Assembly: GCF_006345805.1 (NCBI RefSeq)
Contig: NC_043005.1
Location: 31,620,001 to 31,684,000, forward strand
DNA length: 64,000 nt
Source: Octopus sinensis
Lineage: Eukaryota
Direction of reading: 5' to 3'
The stretch's first letter is position 1. Every line of letters starts with the position of its first letter. The notes beneath the pieces were generated by a model. That model was not told the DNA's origin. It saw only the letters and a list, made by a program, of their open reading frames with translations, and did no database searches. Of this stretch, positions 50,982-64,000 are shown in pieces. The position numbers and the translations under genes are program-made.

Positions 50982-51739
50982 AATTAATAAATAAATAAAA
51001 CATATGCATATATACATACATATATGTACGTACCTACCTCTTCATGTATATATATATGCATATATGCATATATGGGTACAGGACACCAAAAAAAAACGTC
51101 GAACACAATGAGAAACGAAAACATAAACACAAAACCAAGGAAATGGACATTTTTCTTAAACAACGAAAAAATAGACTACAGGACATACAAAACAAGGAAA
51201 ATTCCCCTTCTTCAGTCGCCTTTGTTTCATCTACTCCACGTTTCGAAGGTCAAGGCGATACATGACTTTAATGAAAAAATCCTTCCCACGAAAATCAAAT
51301 TAAATAAAATTTGAGATTTTTTTGCGGAGGGGTAAAAATGGTAACAAAAACAGCACAGTAACGACAGTACAAAATATAAACAGTAAAAGACAGGACAAGG
51401 AGAATAACAGTAACACAAACAAGAAGGGCAGTTAACCTTTCTCTCCCCCTCCCTTTCTCAGCCTTCATTCTTTTAGCTTTCCTTTTCTTCTACCTTACTG
51501 TCTCTCCCTCTCTCTCTCTCTCATTCTTCATTCTTTTCTCTACAACCATTCCCTTTTTTCTCTCCCCTTCTCTTACTCCTCCTCCTCCCTCCCGTCGTTG
51601 ACCCGCGACGAGAACTCTGCTACTGTCTTTCTTCTCCTGGCTACCTTCAAGTAGAGACGGCACATCTGTTGTTCCCTCGCCGTTTTCAAAAAATAGCGTT
51701 CGTAAAAATTTTATCTCGTTCGGCTTAACAGCCCTTCTT

Positions 51740-52370
51740 GTTTGTGGTAATAAAACTTTAAACCCCAAAAATAAGATTATTTTTACTGACTTTTGTCTTG
51801 ACTTAGCTAGTATTTTCCTGCTATCGTCATCACAAGGACCTTTAATATTGTTGCTGTTGTTAGTGGTATATGAACACAAAAACCGGAAAAAAAAGGCAAA
51901 TATGAACTGCAAAAGCAGAAATTTAATTTACTACATCCAATGCCCGAATTGTGAAGAACTATATGTCGGTCAGACTAGAAATGCACTATCAGAACGTTCA
52001 CGTGTGCACTGACTGCAAATTAGAGACCCAGATGTCCGTCAGATACTTTCAAGTAACCATCAAGCAACATGTGGTCAGAAAATATTTATAATAGTTTAAG
52101 TCTTCAAACTACACAGCCCAAGTGAACTTGGGAGAAAAATCAGAGTAAAGAACTTTATTAATAAATTCCAACCCAATCTAAATAAACAATAATACTAATA
52201 TTTAGAGGTACTATTTCTACTGCTATGACCACAACTACTAACAACAACAACAATATTAAAGGCTCTCGTGATGACAATAGCAGGAAACTACTAGCTTAGT
52301 CAAGACAAAAAACTGTAAAAACAATGTTATTTTGGGGTTTAAAGTTCTATTACTACAGCTAATCCTGCCA
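51740..52370 (+). mobile_element. Penelope 3' end: GIY-YIG remnant (51901-52195) bracketed by inverted pLTR copies (51740-51870 / 52215-52370)
   Basis: MNCKSRNLIYYIQCPNCEELYVGQTRNALSERSRVH...NFINKFQPNLN; the flanks are reverse complements. Confidence 0.85.
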
Positions 52371-53113
52371 CCACCAACAACAAAAGCGACAACAAAAATA
52401 AAGGGGATGAAATGGTGATGATGATAAATGTAAAAATCCCTGAGAAATGTTGTTTACAGCATTTCTAAAATATAATTTGGAGAAAGAGGAGAAAGAAACA
52501 AATTAACAGAAAATCAAGGGTTGAGAAATATAGTGTGATAGCTGAATGGTCCCATTCATCTATCACACTAATTTTCTGTTAATTTCTTTCTTTCTCTTCT
52601 TCCTCTAAATTACCCCTGGCGTTAAGTCTATTAACGGATTTTTAAAAAATAACTTGCCAGCGTTCCCCGTCATCATATACGTGGTATTCATATTCAGTTA
52701 AAATTGCTTATTGATGTGTTTTGCTTCTCTTTTTCCCCTGACAAGAAGATTGTATTGTTTTACATCATTTTTATTCCCGCCGGAATAATCGCAATGCTTT
52801 CTTCGAAACTTATTTTGGAAATAACACCTGCATTTGACTCCATTTCTTAATTTCTCTCTCTCCCTCTTTCTCTCTCTCTCTCTCTAATTGAAGAAAAAAG
52901 GGTAAAAAAATACTCCTTGCTAAAAGCCAAAGCCACACCTTCAAAAACCCGCCATAAATTTTACGATAAGGATACACACGAGCAATGCAATGAATATTTC
53001 AAAAATAGGCTCACCTCTGAATGGAATACAAAGATAAGTAATACATATTTCAATACCACCTGATTTTACGCTTCGCATGATAAACATGTTTTGTGATCTT
53101 CAGTTGAAAATAG

Positions 53114-53311
53114 CATTTAACATCTATTTTTAAAATATTCACTATTTCTAACCTTAAACATTCCGCTCCGTTTAAAAGAAACTATCGTAAACAATAAAAG
53201 TATTTATATTTTTAATGTTTACGATAGCTTCTTTTAAACGGAGCGGTATGTTTAAAGTTAGAAACGCACACGAGTTGACGTAGTGAATATTTTAGAAATA
53301 GATGTTAAATG
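53114..53311. repeat. Foldback with ~83-bp arms
   Basis: CATTTAACATCTATTT...CGTAAACA / TGTTTACG...AAATAGATGTTAAATG, with a 16-nt extra segment in the right arm. Confidence 0.85.
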
Positions 53312-53993
53312 CTGTTTTCAACAGAAGATCGCAAAGCATGTTTATCATGCGAAGCGCGAAATCAATTGGTATTGAAATATGTATTACTTATATTTGTATT
53401 CCATTCAGAGGTAAGCCTATTTTTGAAATATTTATTGAATTGCTTGCGTGTATCCTTATCGTAATATTTATGGTGGGTTTTTTTAAAGCTGTGGCTTAGA
53501 TTTTTAGCAAAGGGTATTTATACGCTACTTTTATATACTCTCTTTATTCTTTTACTCTTTTACTTGTTTCAGTCATTTGACTGCAACCATGCTGGAGTAC
53601 CACATTTAGTCGAAGAAATCGACACCAGGACTTATTCTTTGTAAGCCCAGTACTTATTCTATCGGTCTCTTTTGCCGAACTGCTAAGTTACGGGGACGTA
53701 AACACACCAGCATCTGTTGTCAATCGATGTTGGGAGTGACAAACACAGACACAAACACACACACATATATATACATATACATATATACGACGAGCTTCTT
53801 TCAGTTTCCGTCTACCAAATCCACTCAGGCTATAGTAGAAGACACTTGCCCAAGGTGCCACGCAGTGGGATTGAACCCGGAACCATGTGGTTGGTAAGCA
53901 AGCTACCTACCACACAGCCACTCCTGCGCCTCTATATATACAGACATATATATATATATACATACACACACACACACACATACACACACACAC

Positions 53994-54059
<66 letters not shown>

Positions 54060-54666
54060 AGAGAGAAGCAAATAAAATAGTGAGGGATTATCAATATATG
54101 GGCAAAATACTTCATGAGTTCTCTGCTAGCACATCAGGCTAACAATATTACTTAGACTAGTGAAGAACACCATGTAATCATTTGGCAGGCTCCAAGGTTA
54201 TGGCTCATCGTAGTTTTATATTGCAAGTCCGTGGATGGGCAAAAACAAAGTGTTTTTTATACATAGTGATATATAAGAAACAAATTACAAATAATGATCA
54301 TTACATTTTATTCCTTTATTGGAAGTTTACTCAATTGGGGAAAATTGAATGACCTAAGAAAATTAATGCTACTTTCGTGAGAGCCTTTTCTAGTTATAAC
54401 AAGCAGAGCACTAGAGGAATAGCTGTCGTGTGAGAAAGGTAGGAGGGGAAGATGGAAATATTCAGAAGAAGATAGGTTACAAAAAGGTGGAAGTAGGTGA
54501 AGGGATGATATAGGAGTCACTTACTAGAAGCAGGAGCATTATACTCCTAAGTTTGGTACAGTCTAAAACATTTGTGTTTGCAGTCAGGTCAGCACTTCTT
54601 ACCATATTAACATTGTATATAGCTCATTCAGACAAAGGACACTAAAATAATAATAACAATAATAAT

Positions 54667-55200
54667 GTAGTACCAGGCAGTGGCTCTCGTGGCTTCTCAT
54701 CTTAATTGATTGGAAGTGTTATCATGTACATTGTTTTATCTTGGTATAAAAGTTGGGCTACAGCAAATATTCTGCTCAATACCTCAGATTTGCTTGTCAG
54801 TTGTTTTACCTTAACCAGTTGCGCATATCCCTTAGTGGTTGACGATATGTGCATTTCTGATCACGAGCAGAAGTGGACGAGCATCATATCCGCATATTGA
54901 AAGGAACTTTTGGGGGGTTTAGATAATTAACTTTTGGAAACATGAGTGTTTTGTTCAACATCTTTAAACAACCCTTATTCAAGGACCTTTTGAGTGGGAT
55001 GGGATACTCGACCTGAAGAAAATTCTAACTGCAAAGTCATGCGCTGTTAATCGTGATATGAAATCACCATGTCGCGCACATATGGTTGTGATGCATGTGC
55101 CTGATGTAACTTTATCAGACGGGTAGTCATGATGGATATACTGGGTTTCATATATTTTACCCCAGTGTCTCTTTGACAGCATCCACTGCTCTCTCACTCA
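54667..55200 (+). mobile_element. Non-coding interspersed repeat flanked by (AAT)n; its 3' end recurs at 2404-2487
   Basis: CGGGTAGTCATGATGG...CTCTCACTC(AAT)n shared between the two loci. Confidence 0.65.
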
Positions 55201-55309
55201 ATAATAATAATAAAGATGAAGCGAAGAAAGAGTATATAGTACATGCGATTATTTGGCAATGAATAGAAAAAGAAAAAATGAACATCCCGAAATATAAAAA
55301 CATATACTT

Positions 55310-55860
55310 ATATATATAAATTTACAATTGAGGATAAAATCTTTATAAGAAATTATCAGTAGTTAGCGTGAAAAACCTCGTAAGAGAAAAAATCCGTAAA
55401 TTTTTCTACTTTGAAAATATTTATTTATATTATATTGAGGGTACTACTATTCGTAGATACCACACGCTAAGAGGGACCAATGCGGTCAAAACTACTAAAA
55501 TAAACAAAATTTTACCGAATGCAAAACTTCAAAGCAAATAATTTAAAAAAAGAATTTAGTTACATATCACCTGTGATTTCGCAATTAATGCAGAATATGC
55601 ATTCTATGTTCATCAGTGCAACAAACTCAAGATATATAAGAAAAAATTTATGGTTACAAACTCGATAGCCAACCGTAGAATTCGTCGTAGCACGTACGAA
55701 TGTTTATCTTTACATATCTATGAAAATGGCGGGCTTATTCGCAATGTATTTCGGTAACAAATTGCTTACTCGGAATAAAAATTCAGTATTGAACTATTCC
55801 GGTGAAAAATATAAATTTACAATTGAGGATAAAATCTTTATAAGAAACTATCAGTAGTTA
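55310..55860 (-). repeat. ~495-nt unit with terminal direct repeats containing a hammerhead
   Basis: TTTACAATTGAGGATAAAATCTTTATAAGAAA at 55321 and 55816. Confidence 0.8.
55559..55622 (-). ncRNA. Type I hammerhead, core intact, stem II base degenerate
   Basis: GUUGCA-CUGAUGA-...-GAA-AUCAC(AG)GUGAU-A-UGUAAC; 6-bp stem I, 5-bp stem III, AUA triplet. Confidence 0.7.
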
Positions 55861-55862
55861 CT

Positions 55863-56009
<147 letters not shown>

Positions 56010-56899
56010 TGTGTGTGTGTGTGTGTGTTGTGTGTGTGTGTGTGTGTGTGTGTGGAGGCGCAATGGACCAGTGGTTAGGGCAGCGGACTCGCGGTCATAG
56101 GATCGCGGTGTGTGTTTGTTGAGTGAAAACAGCTAAATGCTCCATAAGGCTCCGGCAGGGGGGGTGATCCCTGTTGTACTCTTTCACCACTCTTTCTCTC
56201 ACTCTTTCTTCTGTTGGCCTGCTCGCTTAGCCAGCGGGGTGGCGTCATTTGAAGGCTAAAACAATACCTTTAGGTATAGGACCTTAAGTATAATCCCAGG
56301 TAAATCCAGGCAGTATTTTGAATGTTGCGTTCATAATGAAGGAATAGATTAAGTGGTTAGCTAGTATTAAGATAGTCCGTGTGGGTATATAGAGTGAGAA
56401 AGACATACATCATGATAGACAGATATGGGCTGTGAGTGAATAGAAGAGAGAAGAGAAAGAGAGAAAAGAAAGGAATTGCGATAGGTACGGGAAAGTATGG
56501 ATGAGAGCGAAAGTAAAATAAAAATAAAAAATAAAGATAAAGATAAGATGCCAGTATTATTCTTCGTTAGGGTCGGTTCGGGGTGAGAGGTCAGGCGTTA
56601 AGGTTTTGGTAAAGTGAAAGAGGAAGGTGTTTATGGCTATTAATTAAATAGATGAATTCTAGGTTCGGTGTGGTCGGAAAAATATTTAGTCAGTAAGGAT
56701 AGCTAAAAATATATGCCTAACTTAAAGAAGTATACATGGGCTTAAGAATACACTTAAATGGATAAAAGGTAAAAAATTAAAGAATTTGAAATTAAAAACT
56801 AAAAATGGAAAAGGATTATTGCAGCTAGCCAGCTTCTAAGATACTTATGCTGATAGATTAAAGAAAAGAAAAACATACATATATTGTAACATCCATGCA

Positions 56900-57375
56900 T
56901 TTATATATATGTGTAGTGATTTTGCTTGCATTTGGACCTGTAGAAAAATCTAAAGGTACAATAGAACTTATGCTCATATATAGAGAATTCTTCATGCTGT
57001 TTATTTAGTAATTGTAGAGAATCATGAGTTAATATTTGGAGGGCTTCCTTTAGACAGAGTCCACACGTGGAGCGCTGGCCTTGGTATGGGACACCAGATC
57101 TATTATGGTCCAGAATATCGTATATGGCATTTTCCTATTTATCAGATGGTGTATGTGATTGACTAGGGACGCGGATTTGCTATGCGCCTCATATCTAAAA
57201 GAGCTCAGATGTGCAGAATATCTCTATTTAAAATTAACAGTAGATCCGATGTAATGGCTAGTAGAATTGTGTTATATGTTGTGGACAATGCATTTATATA
57301 CCTCGTTAAATCTTCTGCAATGGGCTTGCAGTGGGTATTCGGACCCAGTTGCAGCTATCTGTCTTGCATGTGTTA
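56900..57375 (-). mobile_element. Penelope (Neptune-type) GIY-YIG remnant; putative pLTR ~56270-56900
   Basis: EVYKCIVH...SHYIGSTVNFK*RYSAHLSSFR...SLVNHI...WTII..PYQGQRSTCGLCLKEALQI. Confidence 0.75.
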
Positions 57376-57448
57376 GTTGTGGAAATGGATGATGTTGTAC
57401 TATTTATGGACGAGTTAAAGTTTAGTGAGATATCAGGGAATATTATTA

Positions 57449-57487
<39 letters not shown>

Positions 57488-57513
57488 TATTTTATTATTA
57501 TTATTATTATTAT

Positions 57514-59592
57514 TCAGTAGTTTTATTTTTATAGCGTGCTTTCACTTCACTACCGAGCGCAGCTCTGTGTGCCTTGGGTATGTGCTGTGATTTGTTGTGA
57601 TGCTCTGATGGTTATTGTATGGAAAGTGTTCTGCGTAGGATGTGTGCAGTGCCTAGTAGTGCAATTTTCTGTATGTTATATGTGTTTGTAAGTCCTGGTG
57701 TTTTTGTTATGTATTTGTCTGAATATTTTTTTTATCATGCCTAATACACCTACTATGATAGGAATTGTTTCTGTTTTTAGATTCCACATTCTAGTTACCT
57801 CTATTTCCAGGTCTTTGTATTTTGAGAGTTTCTCCATTTCTTTTAGAGACACGTTGTCATCTGCCGGTATTGATACATCAATTAGAAAGCATTTTTTTCT
57901 TCATGATCTCTGACAACTATATCTGGTCTGTTGGCCTTAATTTCTCTATCTGTGTGTATCGGCATATCCCAGAGTATGGTTGCTTTCTCGTTTTCTGTGA
58001 CCTTTTCTGGTGTGTGCCTATACCATCTTTTTTCTGTTGTTATTCCATAATGTTGGCATAGCTTCCAATGTATGTAGGTTCCAACTCTGTCATGTCTGTG
58101 AATATATTCCTTCTTAGCCAGGACTGGGCAGCTAGAGATAATATGATTTATTGTTTCTTGTCCATCTCCACATATTCTGCAGTTACTTGTAATATTTCTT
58201 TTCCTTACATGTTTTTGGTAATTTCTGGTGGGGAGGCTTTGGTCTTGTGCTGCAATTAAAAATCCCTCTGTTTCTGCTTTGAATCCTGAGCTTCTTAACC
58301 ATTGCTGGGATTTTTCTTTGTCTATTTCTTTTGCGTTTAGTTTAGTCCAGTATTTACCATGAAGGGGCTTTTCTTGCCATCGTTTTATCATGGTTCGTTG
58401 CTGTTCTAGTTTTAGTTTGGATTTCATTTGTTTTATATCTTTTGTTGTTTCTTCATCTTCTTCTTCTTCTTCATGTTTATTAGGTGGTATGATTTCTTGT
58501 TTGTATTTGTCAGCTTCCTTAAATACTGAAAACAGTTTTTTGTTTTGCTCGTGTTTTGCTGCTATCTGGATCAGTTTTCCTTCCTTCTGAAGTAGATATT
58601 TTTGCAGTCCTATGGTGGTTATTTTATAGTAGTTTTCCAGCTGTATAAGGCCTCTACCACCTTCTATACGTTGTATATATAGTCTTTCTATGTCAGATTT
58701 TGGGTGATGCATCCTAGATCCTGTCATTATTTTTCTTGTTTTCCTATCTATTTTGGACAGTTCATTTCGTGTCCAGTTAAGGATATTGTAGCTATAACTT
58801 ATAACTGGGACAGCTAAGTGTTTGATACCTATTATCTTGTTTTAGCATTGAGCTCTATTTTTAGTATTGATCTAACTCGTCTATATATTCTTTTTTTATT
58901 TTCTCTTTCATTTGTGTGTTGTGTCTTATCTAGTTCATGGATTCCTAAGTATTTGTAAGTTTGGCTTTGGTCTAATTCTTTTATTTCATTGGTTTTATCT
59001 AGTGTGATGTTGTTACTCTTAACTAGTTTTCCTCTTTTCATGGTTACTTTGGCGCATTTTTCTAATCCAAATTTCATATCTATTTCTTTGGTAAATCCAT
59101 GAATTGTCTTTAATAGTGTTTCCAGCTGTTTGTCATTTGCAACGTATAGTTTTAGGTCATCCATATATAAAAGGTGGCTGATCGTTTTGCCGTAACATTT
59201 ATATCCGCATCCAGTTCTATTTAGCATATCAGATAGAGGTGACAGTGCCAAGCAGAAAAGGAGTGGAGAGAGCGTGTCTCCCTGGAATATTCCTCTTCTA
59301 ATGGGGATGTCTTTGGTTTTCATGAGTCCCTCTTTTGTTTGGAGGTGTAGGACTGTTTGCCATTTATTCATAGAGTGCTCTATGAATTTTATGATTGTTG
59401 GTGCTACTTTGTTTATGGCTAGTGATTCGAGGATCCATGTGTGGGGGATGCTATCAAACGCCTTTTTGTAGTCAGTCCAGGCCATACTGAGGCCTTTCTT
59501 CTTTCTGTGGCTGTCTTCAGTTACGGCTTTATTAATCATTAGTTGATCTTTACAGCCATATGAGCTTTTGCGGCATCCTTTCTGCTCTTCTT
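57514..59592 (-). mobile_element. 5'-truncated Dong/R4-like LINE (RT, CCHC, RLE, 3' UTR), few frameshifts, flanked by trinucleotide arrays
   Basis: QKGCRKSSYGCKDQL, DYKKAFDSIPH, RGIFQGDTLSPLLF, HLLYMDDLKLY, CRICGDGQETINHIISSC, RPDIVVRD. Confidence 0.92.
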
Positions 59593-59611
59593 CTTCTTCT
59601 TATTATTATTT

Positions 59612-59645
<34 letters not shown>

Positions 59646-59749
59646 TAGTGGTGGTGGTGGTGGTGGTGGTCGTCGTCGTCGTCGTCGTATTAGTATTATT
59701 AGCATTAGCAATACTAGTGCTATTAGTATATTAACATTCGTTTTAGCCG

Positions 59750-59985
59750 TAGTCCGTCCTACCTCAGAAAGGAGATATTCGTATCCTGGTTTATGTTCAA
59801 CTGCTTGATTTTCCTGATCCTCCTGCTTGGTCCACACTTTCCTTTCGCTAATCGGATATTCTCTTTTACTCCAAATAAATCCTTTCCTGTATCGTAAATT
59901 GAGCTTGTTAATTTACTCAGTTTCTCCACTGTGGAGCCTGTCATTTTATAAAGAGCCCGACATACCTTGTTTTCAAACTTTTATA
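59750..59985 (-). mobile_element. Possible Hero-like LINE N-terminal fragment
   Basis: GSTVEKLSKLTSSIYDTGKDLFGVKE...RRIRKIKQL resembles pre-RT regions of Hero elements; weak similarity only. Confidence 0.3.
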
Positions 59986-60056
59986 TTTCCCTTTCGCGTT
60001 AGCAGCAGGCCACAAAACCCTCGGTTTCCTCTGAGTATTATCTGTACGTGCGTGCG

Positions 60057-60148
<92 letters not shown>

Positions 60149-61093
60149 TATTAAAAAGTGCAATACAGTAGTATTGCTTCCCAGCAAAACAAAGCACCAT
60201 CAGAACTTTAGGTTAGTTAAAATATGTCACAAACAAGAGTTCTCTATTATAGTAAGAAGATGTAAAAACACCATATTTGTACAATGCTGCCCCGTAGGGA
60301 TTCCTAGATGTTGCGTTTTTAGCTTTTTAGCCGTGATCAATATGAAATACCGATGATAGGTAATTCTCGACAGATTCAAAGGCGTAGCTTTAAATAAAAC
60401 ACAGACAACATTGACTGAGCTGTGCTATTAGACCGCCAGCTTTCGGTATCACCAAGCAGTATTTAGGCATAATCCAACATTAGGTTAGATAAAATATGTT
60501 CATTACATATTTCAACTTCTAAAGGCAAATTCACTACAGTTACCGTGGAGTAAAAATTCTCTCGTATGGTAAAAAAGTTGTCAGACAAAAAGTTTCAGTA
60601 GGAGGCTGCGATGGAAAATTTACCACTACGAAAAACGGCATACCGTATTTGTTTTGGTTCCTTGAGCTTTGTGTTCAAATTTTTCTCTGAACTTTACCTT
60701 TCATCCTTCCAGCTTGAGAAATAAAGTGCCAACCAAATCCGTAAGGTCTATTCATCTTAAGTTCTTTCTCTCCAGAAAATGTGTTTACATGTAATGCGGG
60801 ATGGGCCGGATTAGGTTTAAAATATAATGACAAGCCATATATCGCAACGGTGCCTCAAATACTTCACTATGAATTGATGGAATACAGTTCAATACATTTT
60901 TCACTTTATTAATTAATTATGTAAGAATTTATTCTGATAGTTTTAGCTTCTTGGTTGCTTATTCAGTTTAAACATATTACAGTCATTCTGTTATTGTATG
61001 GTTTGGTTATTATTATTATTAACTATTGAAGAGCTATTTCAGGAAAAAGATCACCAATTACTTTTCCCACACTACTGATATATGTTTAAGTTT

Positions 61094-61132
<39 letters not shown>

Positions 61133-61355
61133 TTACACACACACATACACACATACATGCATGCATGTTTGTACATATATGTAAATATGTGCACATCTCT
61201 ATGCACACATGAATATTCGAATGTGTGTCTTTGTGTGTATATGTATTCATGCGTATATATGGATGCCTGTGTATATGTATGTCCGTATGTATGTATGAAC
61301 GTATGTATATATGTATGCATGTATGCATGTACTTATATGGGTACACACACACACA

Positions 61356-61412
<57 letters not shown>

Positions 61413-61561
61413 ATATAATATATATATATATAATATATATATATATATGAGGAGTATTATTTTATTCACGCAGTTTTACATGTTACACTTTTATCACGTT
61501 CAAAGTATTCTGCATTTGAATCAATGGCTAAACAGGACAGAAGTAGACAAGTGGGACGAAG

Positions 61562-61605
61562 GGTCGCTGAAGAGGTCACAGGATGTGCGACGAAAGATTA
61601 CGGAC
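61562..61605 (+). ncRNA. Degenerate minimal type I hammerhead
   Basis: GGUCG-CUGAAGA-g-GUCACA(ggaug)UGCGAC-GAA-A(GAU)U-A-CGGAC; core intact, imperfect stems. Confidence 0.5.
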
Positions 61606-61983
61606 AAAATATACTAAAATAAGAATAATGATAAAACTGTAGTGAAAACTAGTATATAGTGCATGTGATTATTTGGCAACGGAAAAAAATGACCATCCCG
61701 AAATATAACAACGCCTGAATCAATAGACAATTTCACATCAGGAATCTTGCAAAACAAATACATAAACGTATTCTTTTATTCTTTTATTTGTTTCAGTCAT
61801 TTGAGTGTGGCCATGATGGAGCACCGCCTTTAGTTAAACAATTCGACCCTAGGACTTATTCTATCGGTATCTTTTGCCGAACTGCTAATGTTACGGGGAC
61901 GTTAATACACCAACATTGGTTGTCAAGCGATAATGGGGGCACAAACACAGACACACAAACATATACATATATATACATACATA

Positions 61984-62041
<58 letters not shown>

Positions 62042-62985
62042 TGTATGTATGTATGTATATATACATGCATATATATATACGACGGGCTTCTTTCAGTTTC
62101 CGTCTACCAAATCCACTCATAAGGCTTTGGTTGGCCCGAGAAGACACTTGTCCAAGGTGCCACGCAGTGCGACTGTACCTGGAACCAACTGGTTGCTAAT
62201 TTATTTATATATATAGTCTTCCATGTGAAATATTGTCGATTATCTACATTCTGCGTTTTCAGCAAGGAAGTACCAGAACAATTGATGATATTGCCATATT
62301 TTACTGCCAAATCAAAACAAAATCAAGTACAATAACAATAACAAATAGTCTGAAATAAAATTTAAAATTTTATGAATATATTACTTAACAAATAAATATC
62401 TTTTTTTACTTTCTGAAAAATTCTACTTTGGTTTCTTCGTATTTCAGAGGAGTCGCATTAAATTCCTCGAGACAAAAATGTGAAATTCAATATCAAGGTT
62501 TTATCGACAACTGAAAGGGATTCAATAAATCATGCGCTTTCTTATTTTTATATTTAGATTTCTTTTTTTCTTTTTTGTTAACGATTAAAGAATCATTTCT
62601 TTTTTATTGCTTTTGACTTCCTACTTGTTCAAAACAAGATATTCTTGAGTTTAAGTTATTACAGTCAATTTTACAGATAATTCCCTCCTGCTTCCAGTAA
62701 TAAAAGAATTGCAATAACATTTTTTTAAAATTATCAGAATGTTTTCTAAATGTCATTCCGATAAATTATTTCCAATGAATTCTTTTTTACAGGACTCACC
62801 AAACGATGTTTAAGAAGTTGGGCGCGGGAAGAGGAGAAGAACGTAAAAAGAAAAAAAATAGAAAGAAAGAAAGATAGGAACGAGCAAACGAACAATTGAA
62901 GGCATGGCATAGAATAATATAATTTAAAGGAAAAACAAAGAGGAGAATGCAATATAACCTATCTACTGTGAATGAATGAATGTGT

Positions 62986-63017
<32 letters not shown>

Positions 63018-63738
63018 GGGATGTTTTGCAATTCTGGACTGTTATCAAGAAGCAGTGAAATTTGACTACCTCAGTTGCTACAAATATTCTCGTAACTCTA
63101 TCAGTTCAATATTGAAGAAAAGAAGAAATCTTTTATAGTGATTACTATGAATCTTAAAAGTCACCTCACCATGTTTTATATTTCCAACAAATGTTCGACT
63201 TGAATTGGTAATATCAACTGAATATATATTATCATATTCGACATTTCTGAATCGTTGCTGCATTTCAGATAAGCTTGTATATATCTCAGTTGGTTTGCTT
63301 CACACCATCCATATCTCGTCAAAATCGATGTTTGATCAATAGCTGTTATACCAGACAATATATTATTTTTTCCCCATTTGTGCAGAGAGTTCTGTGAGCT
63401 GACATTGACTTGTTACAATGACAAACAGAACTGTGTCCCCTGTATCAGTTTGTCTGCATAAAACACACTCTGCAGGAAATGGTTAACATCCACTCTCATA
63501 TCAATCTTTACCAGTGAAGTTGTAGTTTTGTGATTTTGACCACATTACTTGGCATTGGAAGAAAAGTATTGGTAATTTTTATGTCGACCATACAGTTCGA
63601 TATATGTTCGTAAATCAATTTATATATGGGGGTGGGTGCGAACGTACATTCACAGGCATATATGTTTCTTCTTACAGATATATTTAAGTTTTTCCGGCTA
63701 TTCTATGCATAATATTCATCTATAAACATATAGGCATA

Positions 63739-63792
<54 letters not shown>

Positions 63793-63829
63793 TGTGTGTG
63801 TGTAAATGAGTATGATTTTTGTATAATTT

Positions 63830-64000
63830 TTTTCTTTGGACTGTGGCCATGCTGGAACACCATCTTAAAGGGTGTTAGTCGAAGAAATCGACCCCAGGAC
63901 TTATTCTTTGTAATTCTAGTACTTACTCTATCGGTCTTTTTGCCGAACCACTGAATTATGAGGACATAAACACACCAGCATCGGTTGTCAAGTGATTGCC
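63830..64000 (-). mobile_element. SINE 3' portion running off the window end
   Basis: Matches 53570-53730 and 41850-41970 (GGCCATGCTGGA..CACC, GTCGAAGAAATCGACCCCAG, TCGGTCTTTTTGCCGAAC). Confidence 0.75.

Noticed and set aside
51200-51250. Permuted (type II-like) hammerhead: GAAACGTG...CTGAAGA on the minus strand
   Set aside because: The triplet would be GUG (not NUH) and no stem I forms.

Overview
AT-rich, microsatellite-saturated eukaryotic DNA made almost entirely of transposable-element debris. The SINE and LINE families resemble those of octopod cephalopods; this is recognition, not a database result. No host protein-coding gene, rRNA, true tRNA or CRISPR array is supported, and most ORFs in the supplied track are microsatellite or antisense artefacts. 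Recognisable content: several Dong/R4-like RLE non-LTR retrotransposons sitting in (TAA)n arrays; Hero-like and RTE-like LINE ends, one with three C2H2 fingers; Penelope-like RT and GIY-YIG remnants; a very young non-autonomous Gypsy element (about 99.6% identical LTRs, tRNA-Leu PBS, PPT, RT core deleted); mariner, DD37D/maT and Tigger fossils; a piggyBac-type MITE; non-autonomous Helitrons; and many tRNA-derived SINEs. The main hidden layer, found by manual folding, is about 15 type I hammerhead-ribozyme motifs of varying integrity on both strands, in mostly unrelated flanking sequence. They have self-complementary stem III, some carry U3-G8 core variants or long stem-II insertions, and several lie in non-coding units of about 0.48-0.5 kb arranged as direct plus inverted partial tandems, resembling Penelope pLTRs or retrozymes.
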